Shown here one piece after another: positions 25,685 to 34,478 of a stretch of 40,349 nucleotides of DNA (within the stretch, counting starts at the first letter, position 1; each line of letters starts with the position of its first letter). The DNA lies in NCBI GenBank assembly GCA_001779955.1, contig MFES01000001.1, forward strand, positions 1-40,349, read 5' to 3'. The position numbers and the translations under genes are program-made. Under the pieces are notes generated by a model. The model was not told where the DNA came from, ran no database searches, and saw only the letters and a list, made by a program, of their open reading frames with translations. The DNA is from Candidatus Doudnabacteria bacterium RIFCSPHIGHO2_02_FULL_46_11. GTDB taxonomy: Bacteria; Patescibacteriota; Doudnabacteria; UBA920; 2-02-FULL-46-11.

Positions 25685-25725
25685 CCTCGCGCGAATGCCC
25701 CGCGGTCTTGCCGTGGGGAGGGGTT
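25685..25725. repeat. Right copy of the 41-bp inverted repeat
   Basis: The reverse complement reads AACCCCTCCCCACGGCAAGACCGCGGGGCATTCGCGCGAGG. Starts on the last base of the stop codon of the 25725..26108 gene, the same placement as the left copy. Confidence 0.85.
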
Positions 25726-26108
25726 CACCTTGAACTTTTCCGAAAACCGGCGGCTTGGGCTTCAGCCTCGGTGTTAAAGCACATTTCCGGGTCGGTGCGG
25801 TCATAAAATGAGCCGCCGGGAAGGTGATAAATCCTGCTCGATGAAGAAATATTACCTTTTATTCTGCAGACAACGCCGTTTTCCAGAATATTTTCGCCAA
25901 GCACGGCCTGTGATTGAATATCACCCCGCAAAATGGTAGAATGAATGGGTGATTTTTCAATATTTATAAGGGGTTGAACGCCTGCTCTGCCGCCAATTTT
26001 GCCCGTAAAAAAGCCAAGCAAAAATACGCAAGTAAACGTCGCAGACAGTAAGATTATCTTTTCATTCCGTTTTATAAATTCTTTCAAACTATTCATAAGA
26101 GGGATCAT
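25725..26108 (-). CDS. Sunset-domain protein with N-terminal membrane anchor
   Basis: 127 aa; C-terminal CRIKGNISSSSRIYHLPGGSFYDRT..CF.TEAEAQAAGFRKS pattern. Confidence 0.65.
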   Translation of the reverse strand: MIPLMNSLKEFIKRNEKIILLSATFTCVFLLGFFTGKIGGRAGVQPLINIEKSPIHSTILRGDIQSQAVLGENILENGVVCRIKGNISSSSRIYHLPGGSFYDRTDPEMCFNTEAEAQAAGFRKSSR

Positions 26109-26122
26109 GCTCTAATTATAGT

Positions 26123-27517
26123 ATGCTTTACTACACTTCTCAATCAGAGTCGGCACGCGCCGGGGACGCCAGCGAAGAGGAAGCAAGCCAGCCGACACCA
26201 CTTGTAGCAAATATCCCCGAGGGCGCGAATTCCGATTCGAGAACTCTTTACGCCTTCATCCTAGGTCGCGTCTATACCCTGTCTTTAGCTGAAGTAATCC
26301 AAGTACTCGGCACGCTGGCTGTGGATTTCCGCGTCAAAACCGTTGCTCCGGAAATTGCTCTAATAGAAACAACGGAAAAATTAAAAATTGGCGCCCTTCA
26401 GGACAGGCTTGGCGGCACCATAAAAATTGTTGAGATAATAGACACCCTCAATCGCCGTCAAAAAGACTGGCCGAGCGATCTTTTAAAAGATTATTTAGAC
26501 TTCAATATTCTGCGCGACAAGTATCTGGCACAAGGCTCGACCGGCAAGACGCAGATCGGAGTTTCAATATATATTATGGACCCGGAAATCCGGATCCCCT
26601 TCTCCGAACCGAAACGCGTAGCGACTCTTCTAAAAAAATATCTGCAGTCGCACGAAATTTCGGTGCGTTTTGTAATGCCCGAACCGCCGTCAACCAATCT
26701 GCCCAGCGTAGTTGTAACGAATAACAACCTTCTCGAAAAAGGAGCAGAATTCGTTATCTTGCTCGGCAAACAAAACCTTTCCATCGGTAAAACTTTGAGC
26801 GTGCAGGACTTCGAGGATTACGGACGGCGCGATTACCAACGCCCGTTTCGGGACTTAAAAATGGGCATGCTTCCGCCCAAGGTTGCCCAAATAATGATAA
26901 ACATGGCGAACCTAAAGAAGGGTGAACATATGCTCGACCCTTTCTGCGGTGGAGGAACTATTCTACAAGAAGCCCTACTAATGGATATTAATGCCGTTGG
27001 CTCCGACATTGATGTAAACGCTATCCGCGGAGCAGAAAGCAACTTGGCCTGGTTTAGAAACAGATATAACATCCCTTTCGGCCGGTACCAAATTCTGAAG
27101 CTCGATGCCGCTTCCGAGCTGACGCGCGAGTTTAAGCCTGATAATTTTGACGCCATAGTCACCGAGGGCTGGCTTGGCCCGCTTTACGGATCATTCCCCA
27201 AGGAATCCGAAATAAAGAAAAACTTCAAGGATATTTTAGAGGTTTACCTAAAAGCCTTTGGCCAGTTTAGCCAAGTGCTTAAAAAAAACGGCACGGTTGT
27301 TATCTCTCTTCCGGCTTACCGACAAGAAAAGGATAGGTATGTTTTTATGCCCACTCTTGACTTTATCGAAAAATTGGGTTATATTAGACAGGATCCAATA
27401 CCGTTAGAGACCCTTGAAAAATATAAGTTTTTAAAGGTTACAGACCGCAAAACCATTATCTACGATCGCAAAGATCAGGTAGTGGCCCGGGAGATTGTGA
27501 TAATTAAACTTCAATAA
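26123..27517 (+). CDS. Class I SAM-dependent (RNA) methyltransferase, TRM11/RlmL-like
   Basis: 464 aa; LDPFCGGGTILQEA SAM motif and later TEGWLGP. The true start may lie downstream, since only 14 bp separate it from the divergent gene. Confidence 0.6.
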   Translation: MLYYTSQSESARAGDASEEEASQPTPLVANIPEGANSDSRTLYAFILGRVYTLSLAEVIQVLGTLAVDFRVKTVAPEIALIETTEKLKIGALQDRLGGTIKIVEIIDTLNRRQKDWPSDLLKDYLDFNILRDKYLAQGSTGKTQIGVSIYIMDPEIRIPFSEPKRVATLLKKYLQSHEISVRFVMPEPPSTNLPSVVVTNNNLLEKGAEFVILLGKQNLSIGKTLSVQDFEDYGRRDYQRPFRDLKMGMLPPKVAQIMINMANLKKGEHMLDPFCGGGTILQEALLMDINAVGSDIDVNAIRGAESNLAWFRNRYNIPFGRYQILKLDAASELTREFKPDNFDAIVTEGWLGPLYGSFPKESEIKKNFKDILEVYLKAFGQFSQVLKKNGTVVISLPAYRQEKDRYVFMPTLDFIEKLGYIRQDPIPLETLEKYKFLKVTDRKTIIYDRKDQVVAREIVIIKLQ

Positions 27518-27520
27518 TCA

Positions 27521-27606
27521 AACCTCAAGCCCCAAATAAACCTCAACCCTCAAATTTCAAATAGCTTTTCCCGATTTTGAAGTTTGGATGTTGAAGTTTG
27601 AAGCGT
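27521..27606 (+). other. Long imperfect hairpin that pairs only as plus-strand RNA (needs G:U pairs)
   Basis: CCTCAACCCTCAAATTTCAAA (27541-27561) against TTTGAAGTTTGGATGTTGAAGTTTGAAG (27576-27603). Sits between the methyltransferase stop and the rpmA start. Confidence 0.4.
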
Positions 27607-27615
27607 TAGCGACTT

Positions 27616-27897
27616 ATGGCCCACAAAAAAGCCGGCGGCAGTACCCAATACGGCCGCGACAGTAATCCAAAATATTTAGGAGTCAAAAAATTCGGCGGTG
27701 AAAAAGTCGGCGTAGGCGACATTATTATCCGCCAGCGCGGCTCCAAATTCCGCGCCGGAAAAAACGTCTCCTCCGGAAAAGACGACACGCTTTTTGCGAT
27801 GGCCGCCGGAGTAGTCAAATTCTCAAAACGAAAAACTCTTAAATTCACCGGTGCTCTTAGCCGGGTACGAATCGTCAGCGTTCTGCCTAAAAGCTAA
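27616..27897 (+). CDS. rpmA: 50S ribosomal protein L27
   Basis: 93 aa; [37 protein letters not shown]. Confidence 0.95.
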   Translation: MAHKKAGGSTQYGRDSNPKYLGVKKFGGEKVGVGDIIIRQRGSKFRAGKNVSSGKDDTLFAMAAGVVKFSKRKTLKFTGALSRVRIVSVLPKS

Positions 27898-27911
27898 CGT
27901 CTTGATATAAC

Positions 27912-27975
27912 AAAAAACCGCCTCCCTGCACTTCGTAGCCGAGTCAGACTCGGCGCAGTAGTGGCGGTTTTTTTG
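27912..27975. terminator. Bidirectional compound terminator between rpmA and rplI
   Basis: AAAAAACCGCC...GGCGGTTTTTTT closing an inner hairpin CCGAGTCAGACTCGG. Shares the block AAAAAACCGCC-N3/4-CTGCACTTCGTAGC with 34404-34446. Confidence 0.75.
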
Positions 27976-27977
27976 TT

Positions 27978-28424
27978 TTAAACAATCTCTATTTTAACTT
28001 TAAGTGTTGGTCTTAAACCCGGTCCGAGATTTAGCCCCACCAGATGTTCGCCCGCTTTTTTTAAGGCATGCGGCAACTCCACCTGCTTGGCCGAAACTTC
28101 CAGCTGCGTTTTCTCTTTTAAGGCCTGGGCGATATCGTGGGCGCTGATACTGCCGAAAATTGTCCCTGACTTATCGCCCTTTCTGGCAAACGACAAAGTT
28201 ATATCTTTCAGTTTGCCGCCTAATTTTTTAAACTGCTGTTCATGTTTATCTCTTTCGGACAGGCGTCTTTTCTCGGCTTGCTCAATCTCATTTAGGCGGC
28301 TGGCTGTGGCCTGCTCGGCTAAACCTTTCGGAAAAAGAAAATTCCGGGCATATCCCTCGGAAACATCTTTAACGTCATTCTTTCTGCCAATACTCTTGAT
28401 ATCTTTGGTCAATATTACCTTCAT
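27978..28424 (-). CDS. rplI: 50S ribosomal protein L9
   Basis: 148 aa; MKVILTKDIKSIGRKNDVKDVSEGYARNFLFPKGLA. Confidence 0.9.
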   Translation of the reverse strand: MKVILTKDIKSIGRKNDVKDVSEGYARNFLFPKGLAEQATASRLNEIEQAEKRRLSERDKHEQQFKKLGGKLKDITLSFARKGDKSGTIFGSISAHDIAQALKEKTQLEVSAKQVELPHALKKAGEHLVGLNLGPGLRPTLKVKIEIV

Positions 28425-28451
28425 ACGATTGCAATTGAAAATTCACGAATT

Positions 28452-29363
28452 CTACTCGTGCAGGTATTTCCTTACGGCAAAGGTACTGCTCAATACTCCA
28501 AGAACCAAACCCAAGAACAACTGAACCGCCACTAACTGCCAAAGAAGTCCGGAATTAACTGAAGTGAGGTTAAGGCTAATGCCAAGATAGTCGTTCATCT
28601 TCGGCACAAATGAGGAAAGAAGCGGAAGCAAAACAGCCATAGTAATAAGTACGGCGACCAAACCGTAAATAATGCCTTCGATAATAAAAGGCCAGCGAAT
28701 ATAGGCGTTAGTCGCGCCCACAAGCCGCATTATTTCTATCTCCTCGCGGCGATTATAAATCGTGAGCCTGATGGTATTGTACATTACCAAAACCGACACG
28801 AGAGCAAAAAGAATGGCAAGCACCGTTCCGCCGCGAGCGAGCCCGCTGGTTAGCTTGCCAAGTGTCTCTATTGCCCGGCGGTTATCCTCAAAATTAATTT
28901 CATGGACTGCCGGTGCGGCCTCGGCCTTCAGAGTGTTTGATATGCTTTCGTATTTGCTTATATCAGTCGCTTTGATAACCAAGGAAGGAAATAAAGGATT
29001 CTCGTCTAACTCTTTTATGGCCTCAATTATGCCTATATCATCCTTATGGCGCTTTTGGAATTCCAAATAGGCCTCGTCAGCGCTTATATAGCGCGTACTG
29101 GCCACATCAGGCAGTTGCTTAACCCTTTCTTCGTAATTTCTTATTACTGACTCTTCCGTGCCGAGCTCAAAATCAACAGAAATGTCCACCTTATCCTTAA
29201 TGCTGTCAAGCGACAAATTCGTTAAAAAACTCAAAACTAATAAAATGCTTATGACCGACAAAGTTACGGTCATTACGGCAATGGCTGCGGCCGAAAGCCA
29301 AACATGTCGCCAAAAATTTTGCCAGCCGTTTTTTATCACTCTTAGTAAGGTAATCTTGCCCAT
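28452..29363 (-). CDS. ftsX: Cell division permease-like protein FtsX
   Basis: 303 aa; N-terminal TM, periplasmic domain, three C-terminal TMs; directly downstream of ftsE. Confidence 0.8.
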   Translation of the reverse strand: MGKITLLRVIKNGWQNFWRHVWLSAAAIAVMTVTLSVISILLVLSFLTNLSLDSIKDKVDISVDFELGTEESVIRNYEERVKQLPDVASTRYISADEAYLEFQKRHKDDIGIIEAIKELDENPLFPSLVIKATDISKYESISNTLKAEAAPAVHEINFEDNRRAIETLGKLTSGLARGGTVLAILFALVSVLVMYNTIRLTIYNRREEIEIMRLVGATNAYIRWPFIIEGIIYGLVAVLITMAVLLPLLSSFVPKMNDYLGISLNLTSVNSGLLWQLVAVQLFLGLVLGVLSSTFAVRKYLHE

Positions 29364-29427
29364 AATATTGCTTGCCTAGCGCCTGTCCTGCCTGCCGGCA
29401 GTCGTGAGGCGGAAAAATTTAAAAAAA

Positions 29428-30108
29428 TTATAATCGATACCTGCCGTGCTGCTCGTCTGAAGCAACGCGTCCATGCTCGAGCGTGACCACGCGTTTTTTA
29501 ATTGAATTCACCAATTCCCTGGCGTGCGTGGCCAAGACCACGGTCGTGCCGTAATGATTGATTTTAAGAAGGAGTTGAACAATTTCCCAGGCATTTATGG
29601 AATCGAGGTTGCCGGTAGGTTCATCGGCCAAAAGCAATATGGGTTTATGAGCCAGGGCCCGGGCAATGGCCACCCTTTGCTTTTCACCTCCCGACAGTTC
29701 AGCCGGAAAAGAATCAAGCCTGCCCTCCATACCGACAAGCTCTAAAATTTTTGGGACCTCGTGCTCTATTTTACTCGCTTCATACCCGCCCACTTCCATG
29801 GCAAAGGCCACATTTTCAAAAACAGTCTTCTTCGGCAAAAGCTTGATGTCTTGATAAACTACGCCTATCTTTCGCCGAAGGAAGGGCAGATCCTCATTAG
29901 TCAAATCTTTAATGCTCAGCTTCTCGATAAAAACATCACCTTCATCCGGTTTGTCCTGACCGGTCATTAATCGAAGCATTGACGACTTACCGGCGCCCGA
30001 TTGGCCGACGATGGAAATAAACTCGCCGGGCGCAACCTCAAAATCCACCTCATTCAGGGCGCGTATATCGGGCGGATAAATTTTACTCACTTTGTGAAAT
30101 TTCAGCAT
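29428..30108 (-). CDS. ftsE: Cell division ATP-binding protein FtsE
   Basis: Start moved to ATG 30108 (MLKFHKVSKIY). Walker A GQSGAGKSS, signature LSGGEKQR, Walker B LLLADEPT. Confidence 0.85.
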   Translation of the reverse strand: MLKFHKVSKIYPPDIRALNEVDFEVAPGEFISIVGQSGAGKSSMLRLMTGQDKPDEGDVFIEKLSIKDLTNEDLPFLRRKIGVVYQDIKLLPKKTVFENVAFAMEVGGYEASKIEHEVPKILELVGMEGRLDSFPAELSGGEKQRVAIARALAHKPILLLADEPTGNLDSINAWEIVQLLLKINHYGTTVVLATHARELVNSIKKRVVTLEHGRVASDEQHGRYRL

Positions 30109-30244
30109 ATTGTGAGGGACAACCTTACGGCCTATCGGCCTACGTTTTCCCTTCCCAACTCCGCTACGTTCCGTTCCCTCCCTTTCGATAAGGATTGCTC
30201 GCACCGGCTAAGCCGGATGCTCGCAAGTGAAACATTTAAGCGAA
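30109..30244 (-). repeat. GC-rich leader repeat, copy F (upstream of ftsE)
   Basis: Hairpin GCTCGCACCGGCTAAGCCGGATGCTCGC (30197-30224) plus a C-rich tract, same architecture as 36887-37051 and 38600-38783. This is the most diverged copy. Confidence 0.5.
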
Positions 30245-31346
30245 CTAAGGGGTCAGTTTGTTACTTTGTAAATTCTTTTCTATAAAAGTATCCAAATCGC
30301 CGTCTAAAACTTTTTCCACGTCGCTGGTTTCATAATCGGTACGGTGATCTTTGACTAGTTTGTAGGGGTGAAGCACGTATGATCTAATCTGGTTTCCCCA
30401 CTCCGGAGAATGGAATTCGCCGCGGATAGCCTTTTTTTCTTTCTGATGTTCCTCTTCTTGGCGCTTGGCCAACCTCGCTCGAAGGACTTCCATGGCCTTT
30501 TCCTTATTCTGATGCTGTGAGCGCTCGTTTTGAATGGACACTGTAATATTGGTCGGAATGTGCGTTATTCTAATGGCCGAATAAGTGGTATTAACGCTCT
30601 GTCCGCCGTGCCCGCTTGAAGTGTTGGCCTCGATATTCAAGTCTTTTTCGTCTATTTCCAGCTCTTTTTGCGGAATCTCGGGCAGGACCTCGACTAAGGC
30701 AAAAGAAGTTTCTCGGGTGTGCGACGGGTTGTAAGGGCTTAAACGTACTAGGCGGTGCACGCCAGCCTCGTTTTTAAGAAATCCGTAGGCTTTTTCTCCT
30801 TTAACTTCAAGCACTGCGCTTTTAATTCCGGCTTCGCCACCTTCAGATTTGGAAATTAAATCCGTATCCCAGCCCTTCGATTCTGTAAAACGCAGGTACA
30901 TGCGCAAAAGCATTTCCGCAAAATCCTGCGCATCGGTGCCACCGGCGCCCGCGTGTATGGCCAGCACGGCGTTATAATTATCATATTGACCTGTAAAGAG
31001 CGTTCTTAACTCCAGTTCGTTAAATGATTCTTCAAGCTCTGCTATATGCCTTGATAAATCCTGCTCCAGTTTTTCGTCATTTTCTGATAACTTCAACAGA
31101 TCATCCGCGTCGGCGAATTCTTTGTCTAACTTCTGCCAAAACTCTATTTCCTTTTTTAGATTATCGGCAAGTTTTGCCTTTTTGCCCGCCTCATCCTGAT
31201 TCACCCAAAAAATTGGGTTACTCATCTGGTCCTCTATTTCAAGCAGTTTTTGTTTGCTCTGGGCAAGTTCAAAAATGCCCCCTTAGAGCCTCGGCTCTAT
31301 CGCGAAGTTCATTTAGCCTCGCTTTTATTTCTGATACATCCGACAT
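30245..31346 (-). CDS. prfB: Peptide chain release factor 2, requires programmed +1 frameshift
   Basis: Frame 0 reads MSDVSEIKARLNELRDRAEALRGHF then TGA at 31271-31269. The +1 frame continues ELAQSKQKLLEIEDQMSNPIFW... to 30245. Site AGGGGGCATTTTTGAA parallels E. coli AGGGGGTATCTTTGAC. SPF-type SPYNPSH and GGQ (GHGGQSVN) are present. Confidence 0.9.
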
Positions 31347-31613
31347 TTACCCGCTTAAATTTCCTTAACTCGTTACTAAATATAAGTATCTTCCGCCTGT
31401 GCGTAACCATTCCATAATTTTTTTGATTCTCTGGAATTTTTGGCGGGTTATTTGTATTATACCACACCCAGCATATCAGCCCAAATATTCTTGGAATTCA
31501 ATTCGACAAAAAACTTTCTTGCAAATTCGCCTACTGTATTCTCAGTTTTCATTCTTATTTTTTAATCCAAAAATAAACAGGAGAATTATTTGGGATGTAT
31601 TGCTGGGCACATT

Positions 31614-32066
31614 TTAATAGCCAGTACTGCCAAACCCGCCGCGCGTAGGATTATCTAACTGCTCTGTTTCTTCCCATTCAATTCTATCTACGGGCAAACA
31701 GAAGCCTTGAGCAATCCGTTCGCCTCTTTCAACTACCACGACCTCATCGGTGAAATTATAAAAATGCATCGCTATTTCATCGTCCGGCCCGCTATAATCT
31801 CTGTCAATAATACCTAAGCCTTGCGGAATGGACAGGCCCTTGCGCTTAGGCGTGCTTGAACGCGGTACTACAATGAAAACATGGCCGGGCGGGGTAAGCA
31901 CAATTAAATTTGAAGGTATTTTACCAATGCTTTTGGGCGGTATCTCCGTGCGAACCCGGGCATACAAATCCAGCGCCGCCGCGCCAGCGCTCTCATATTT
32001 TGGCAAAGGCAGTGTTTTGTCTATACGCTTAATCTTTACCAGCATTTTGCTCGCCGTATTTTTCAT
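31614..32066 (-). CDS. dut: dUTP diphosphatase
   Basis: 150 aa; AGAAALDLYA, GLGIIDRDYSG, and C-terminal TRGGFGSTG. The internal ATG at 32045 (MLVKIKRI) may be the true start. Confidence 0.85.
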   Translation of the reverse strand: MKNTASKMLVKIKRIDKTLPLPKYESAGAAALDLYARVRTEIPPKSIGKIPSNLIVLTPPGHVFIVVPRSSTPKRKGLSIPQGLGIIDRDYSGPDDEIAMHFYNFTDEVVVVERGERIAQGFCLPVDRIEWEETEQLDNPTRGGFGSTGY

Positions 32067-33669
32067 CTAATTTTCTCTCCTTAACGCGCTGTCTGGCCTC
32101 GCTGTCGGCGCGCGACCAATAGTAGTCGTTGTAATCCGCGAACTTCATCATTTCCGCCCGCCAAGGATATTTTTCGGAAATGGCCTTGTGCATCAACTGG
32201 CAAGCATAACGGTACTGGGGATGGCCCTGCGGCGTAGTGCGCAATTCAATCATATGCATAGCCTCCCTATCATTCATACCTAGAAACCAATGAACTAAAT
32301 TGCCGTGTAAAACGGCATACTGCGCCAATTCTTGATTTTCGGTTGTTATTTTATCGAACAAAGCGTCCGATTTTTCAACACACATCTTAATCTTATCTTC
32401 AAAACCGGCAGCCACCAATTCATCAGGCATAATAAAACCCAACTTAGTGGTGAATAATTGTCTTACTTGAGTGTTCATTCTATGCCTTTGCAGGTCCTTA
32501 TAAACGCCGAAATTTACGAGCGTGTCGAAATTGTACGGGTAACCGTCTTCCAGGGCGCGGCCCGGCCTATCGCGGCGGGTTTTTCGCTCGCCGACATAGG
32601 CCATGATTATTTCTTGTCGGTCTGCCTCCGTCATACCCTCAACCTTTTCTCGAATTTGCTTCATGGAAAGGCTGGCAAAAGGATAAAGCATGGCGGCAAG
32701 GGTCGAGACATCGCGGTCAACAGGCTCAAGCAGATGGACCTCAAGCTTGCCTTTTGGCGCAGGCAGTTCGGCCTGGCCGAATAATTTTTCCGCCAAAGCA
32801 AACATATTTCGGCGGTTCTCGGCCGAGTACTCACTCCGGCGAGCGCGGCGCACATACTGCGGAATAATTTGTGAAGCCGCAGCCATGGTCTTTTCGGCGA
32901 TCTTTTGCAGTTCCGGATTATCGGTACTTAGCAAATAACTGATTAAGCCCTGGTAAAATCGGCCGTTGCCGAACATGCCCACATTGGTCAGCGTGCCGAC
33001 CGGCAGAATGGCCCGCAAAGTATCACAGGCCTTGGTACGCAAATCAATGTTATAGGTTACGCGGAAAGCTTTTTGATCCTTTTCTTCTTTTAGATCACTG
33101 TATTTTTCTTTTTGACCATCGCCGTTAATATCGTATTCTGCTTCAGCCATCGGCTTCAGTTTTTCAAAATACTCTTTCATCGGTTCAACCAAGGAAGCGT
33201 AGGTTTCGAAAATAAAATCCATGGTAGCAACGTACTCCCTGCCAAAAGAGGCCTTGACCAGACAATCGTCGCGCAGATAGCGATAATGGCCGGCCTCCGT
33301 CTTTTGGTCGTAAAAAACGTAGCGAGTAGATTGCTCAATGGGCGAACCGCCGATGCGGCGGTCCTCAATTTCCTTGGCGGCAAGCATGGTTATATTTTCA
33401 AAAGAAATATGCGCGCCTTCGAGCTCACCCACACTATCGTCGCCGTAGGCCACCAAGATGCGTTCGATGAGTTGATCGGCGTGTTTTGGGTCAATCGTCC
33501 CTTCTTTGATAAATTCCTTAAGCAGAACTTCGCGGAAGCCGCCCTTCGCGCGCGAATAGCGGGCATAGGCCGCGCCAGTCATGCCTTCCATGCCTTTTAC
33601 GGCAAAAATATCATCTTCGGCAGAAGTTACATAGTTTTCTAAAAGTTTTTTTTCTTCATCTGTAAACAT
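32029..33669 (-). CDS. thyX: FAD-dependent thymidylate synthase, double-length ThyX form
   Basis: 546 aa; ThyX signature in LQRHRMNTQ plus ELRTTPQGHPQYR in the C-terminal half, and a degenerate ThyX-like N-terminal half. Confidence 0.75.
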   Translation of the reverse strand: MFTDEEKKLLENYVTSAEDDIFAVKGMEGMTGAAYARYSRAKGGFREVLLKEFIKEGTIDPKHADQLIERILVAYGDDSVGELEGAHISFENITMLAAKEIEDRRIGGSPIEQSTRYVFYDQKTEAGHYRYLRDDCLVKASFGREYVATMDFIFETYASLVEPMKEYFEKLKPMAEAEYDINGDGQKEKYSDLKEEKDQKAFRVTYNIDLRTKACDTLRAILPVGTLTNVGMFGNGRFYQGLISYLLSTDNPELQKIAEKTMAAASQIIPQYVRRARRSEYSAENRRNMFALAEKLFGQAELPAPKGKLEVHLLEPVDRDVSTLAAMLYPFASLSMKQIREKVEGMTEADRQEIIMAYVGERKTRRDRPGRALEDGYPYNFDTLVNFGVYKDLQRHRMNTQVRQLFTTKLGFIMPDELVAAGFEDKIKMCVEKSDALFDKITTENQELAQYAVLHGNLVHWFLGMNDREAMHMIELRTTPQGHPQYRYACQLMHKAISEKYPWRAEMMKFADYNDYYWSRADSEARQRVKERKLDEKYGEQNAGKD

Positions 33670-33812
33670 ACCGGGTCAGTAGAGCTTCAATAATCTTATA
33701 GTTTTACTGTTTTCAACAGATTATCGAGGTTTGTTAATTATTCTTTAATATTGCCGAGTAATTTACTGTTTAAATAAGATTTGGGAAAACAGATTGAAGC
33801 TTCACTACCCGG
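33670..33812 (-). promoter_or_regulatory. Structured 5' leader of thyX closed by a long-range helix
   Basis: CCGGGTCAGTAGAGCTTCAATAATCT (33671-33696) pairs with AGATTGAAGCTTCACTACCCGG (33791-33812). The proximal arm ends 1 nt from the ATG. Internal hairpin CTGTT-GAA-AACAG and AACAGTAAA direct repeats. Confidence 0.45.
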
Positions 33813-33874
33813 CATCGCTTCCACAGTTTAACATGCCTATAAAAACAAAAAAACCCCACATTTAGGGTTATTGG

Positions 33875-33907
33875 AAATGGCCCAACCGGAATTCGGCTGG
33901 GCCATTT
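33875..33907 (-). terminator. Hairpin terminator downstream of island G
   Basis: AAATGGCCCAACCG-GAAT-TCGGCTGGGCCATTT. On the minus strand a second small hairpin and a T-run (GGGGTTTTTTTGTTTTT) follow. Confidence 0.6.
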
Positions 33908-33926
33908 TCTTACGGGGCGTTGCGGG

Positions 33927-34259
33927 CTAGCGAGCGAAAGTAGGGTCGTATTTCCGCCTGATCCACTCGCTACGCATGGCAGCTGCTTGCTGGCGATTTC
34001 TCACCAGCTCGTCAAAAGCACGCTGCATATTCGCACAAATACCTGCTGACCTCGGTACTGACCGAGGAGGCGAGGAAATCTGTGTTTGCCTGCGGGCTGG
34101 ACCGCTGGCTACGACACGGGTCGGTTGAACCAACTCCTCGTAAACCAGACCCGATACTTCCCGTCGTACCCGGGATTGCATTAACCCTCCACGTAAAATG
34201 TAACCTTGAATGTTCAGCATCGGCGCCGAACAAAACAATCTGGCGCCTCCGCCAACCAT
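33927..34259 (-). CDS. Island G: hypothetical 110-aa protein (coding status uncertain)
   Basis: Consensus promoter, roughly 70-nt leader, GGGGGG SD-like tract 4 nt before ATG 34259. Third-position GC bias is only moderate by my reading, and a second frame (34012..34272) is also open. Confidence 0.4.
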   Translation of the reverse strand: MVGGGARLFCSAPMLNIQGYILRGGLMQSRVRREVSGLVYEELVQPTRVVASGPARRQTQISSPPRSVPRSAGICANMQRAFDELVRNRQQAAAMRSEWIRRKYDPTFAR

Positions 34260-34336
34260 AGGTCCCCCCCAAGGGCCTATGTCACGCCCTCACCACGAGG
34301 AACGCACAAATGCACGAAGGCACCATTACTGTGTAT

Positions 34337-34365
34337 ATTATACACCTAAAAAGGGATTTTGTCAA
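34337..34365 (-). promoter_or_regulatory. Consensus sigma70 promoter for island G (TTGACA-N17-TATAAT) with overlapping palindrome
   Basis: Minus strand: TTGACA at 34365-34360, TATAAT at 34342-34337. The inverted repeat AAAAGGGATT/AATCCCCTTTT (34349-34374) is centred on the -35 box. Confidence 0.7.
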
Positions 34366-34403
34366 TCCCCTTTTCCACAACCTACCTGCCTGCAGGCAGC
34401 GAC

Positions 34404-34446
34404 AAAAAAACCGCCCGGCCTGCACTTCGTAGCTACGAAGTGGCGG
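34404..34446 (-). terminator. Intrinsic terminator of the kinase/dcd unit
   Basis: Minus strand reads CCGCCACTTCGTAGCTACGAAGTGCAGGCCGGGCGG followed by TTTTTTT. Perfect palindrome CACTTCGTAGCTACGAAGTG. Confidence 0.8.
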
Positions 34447-34478
34447 AGTTGTTGCGGTTTTGATCGCTGCTTAAAAAA

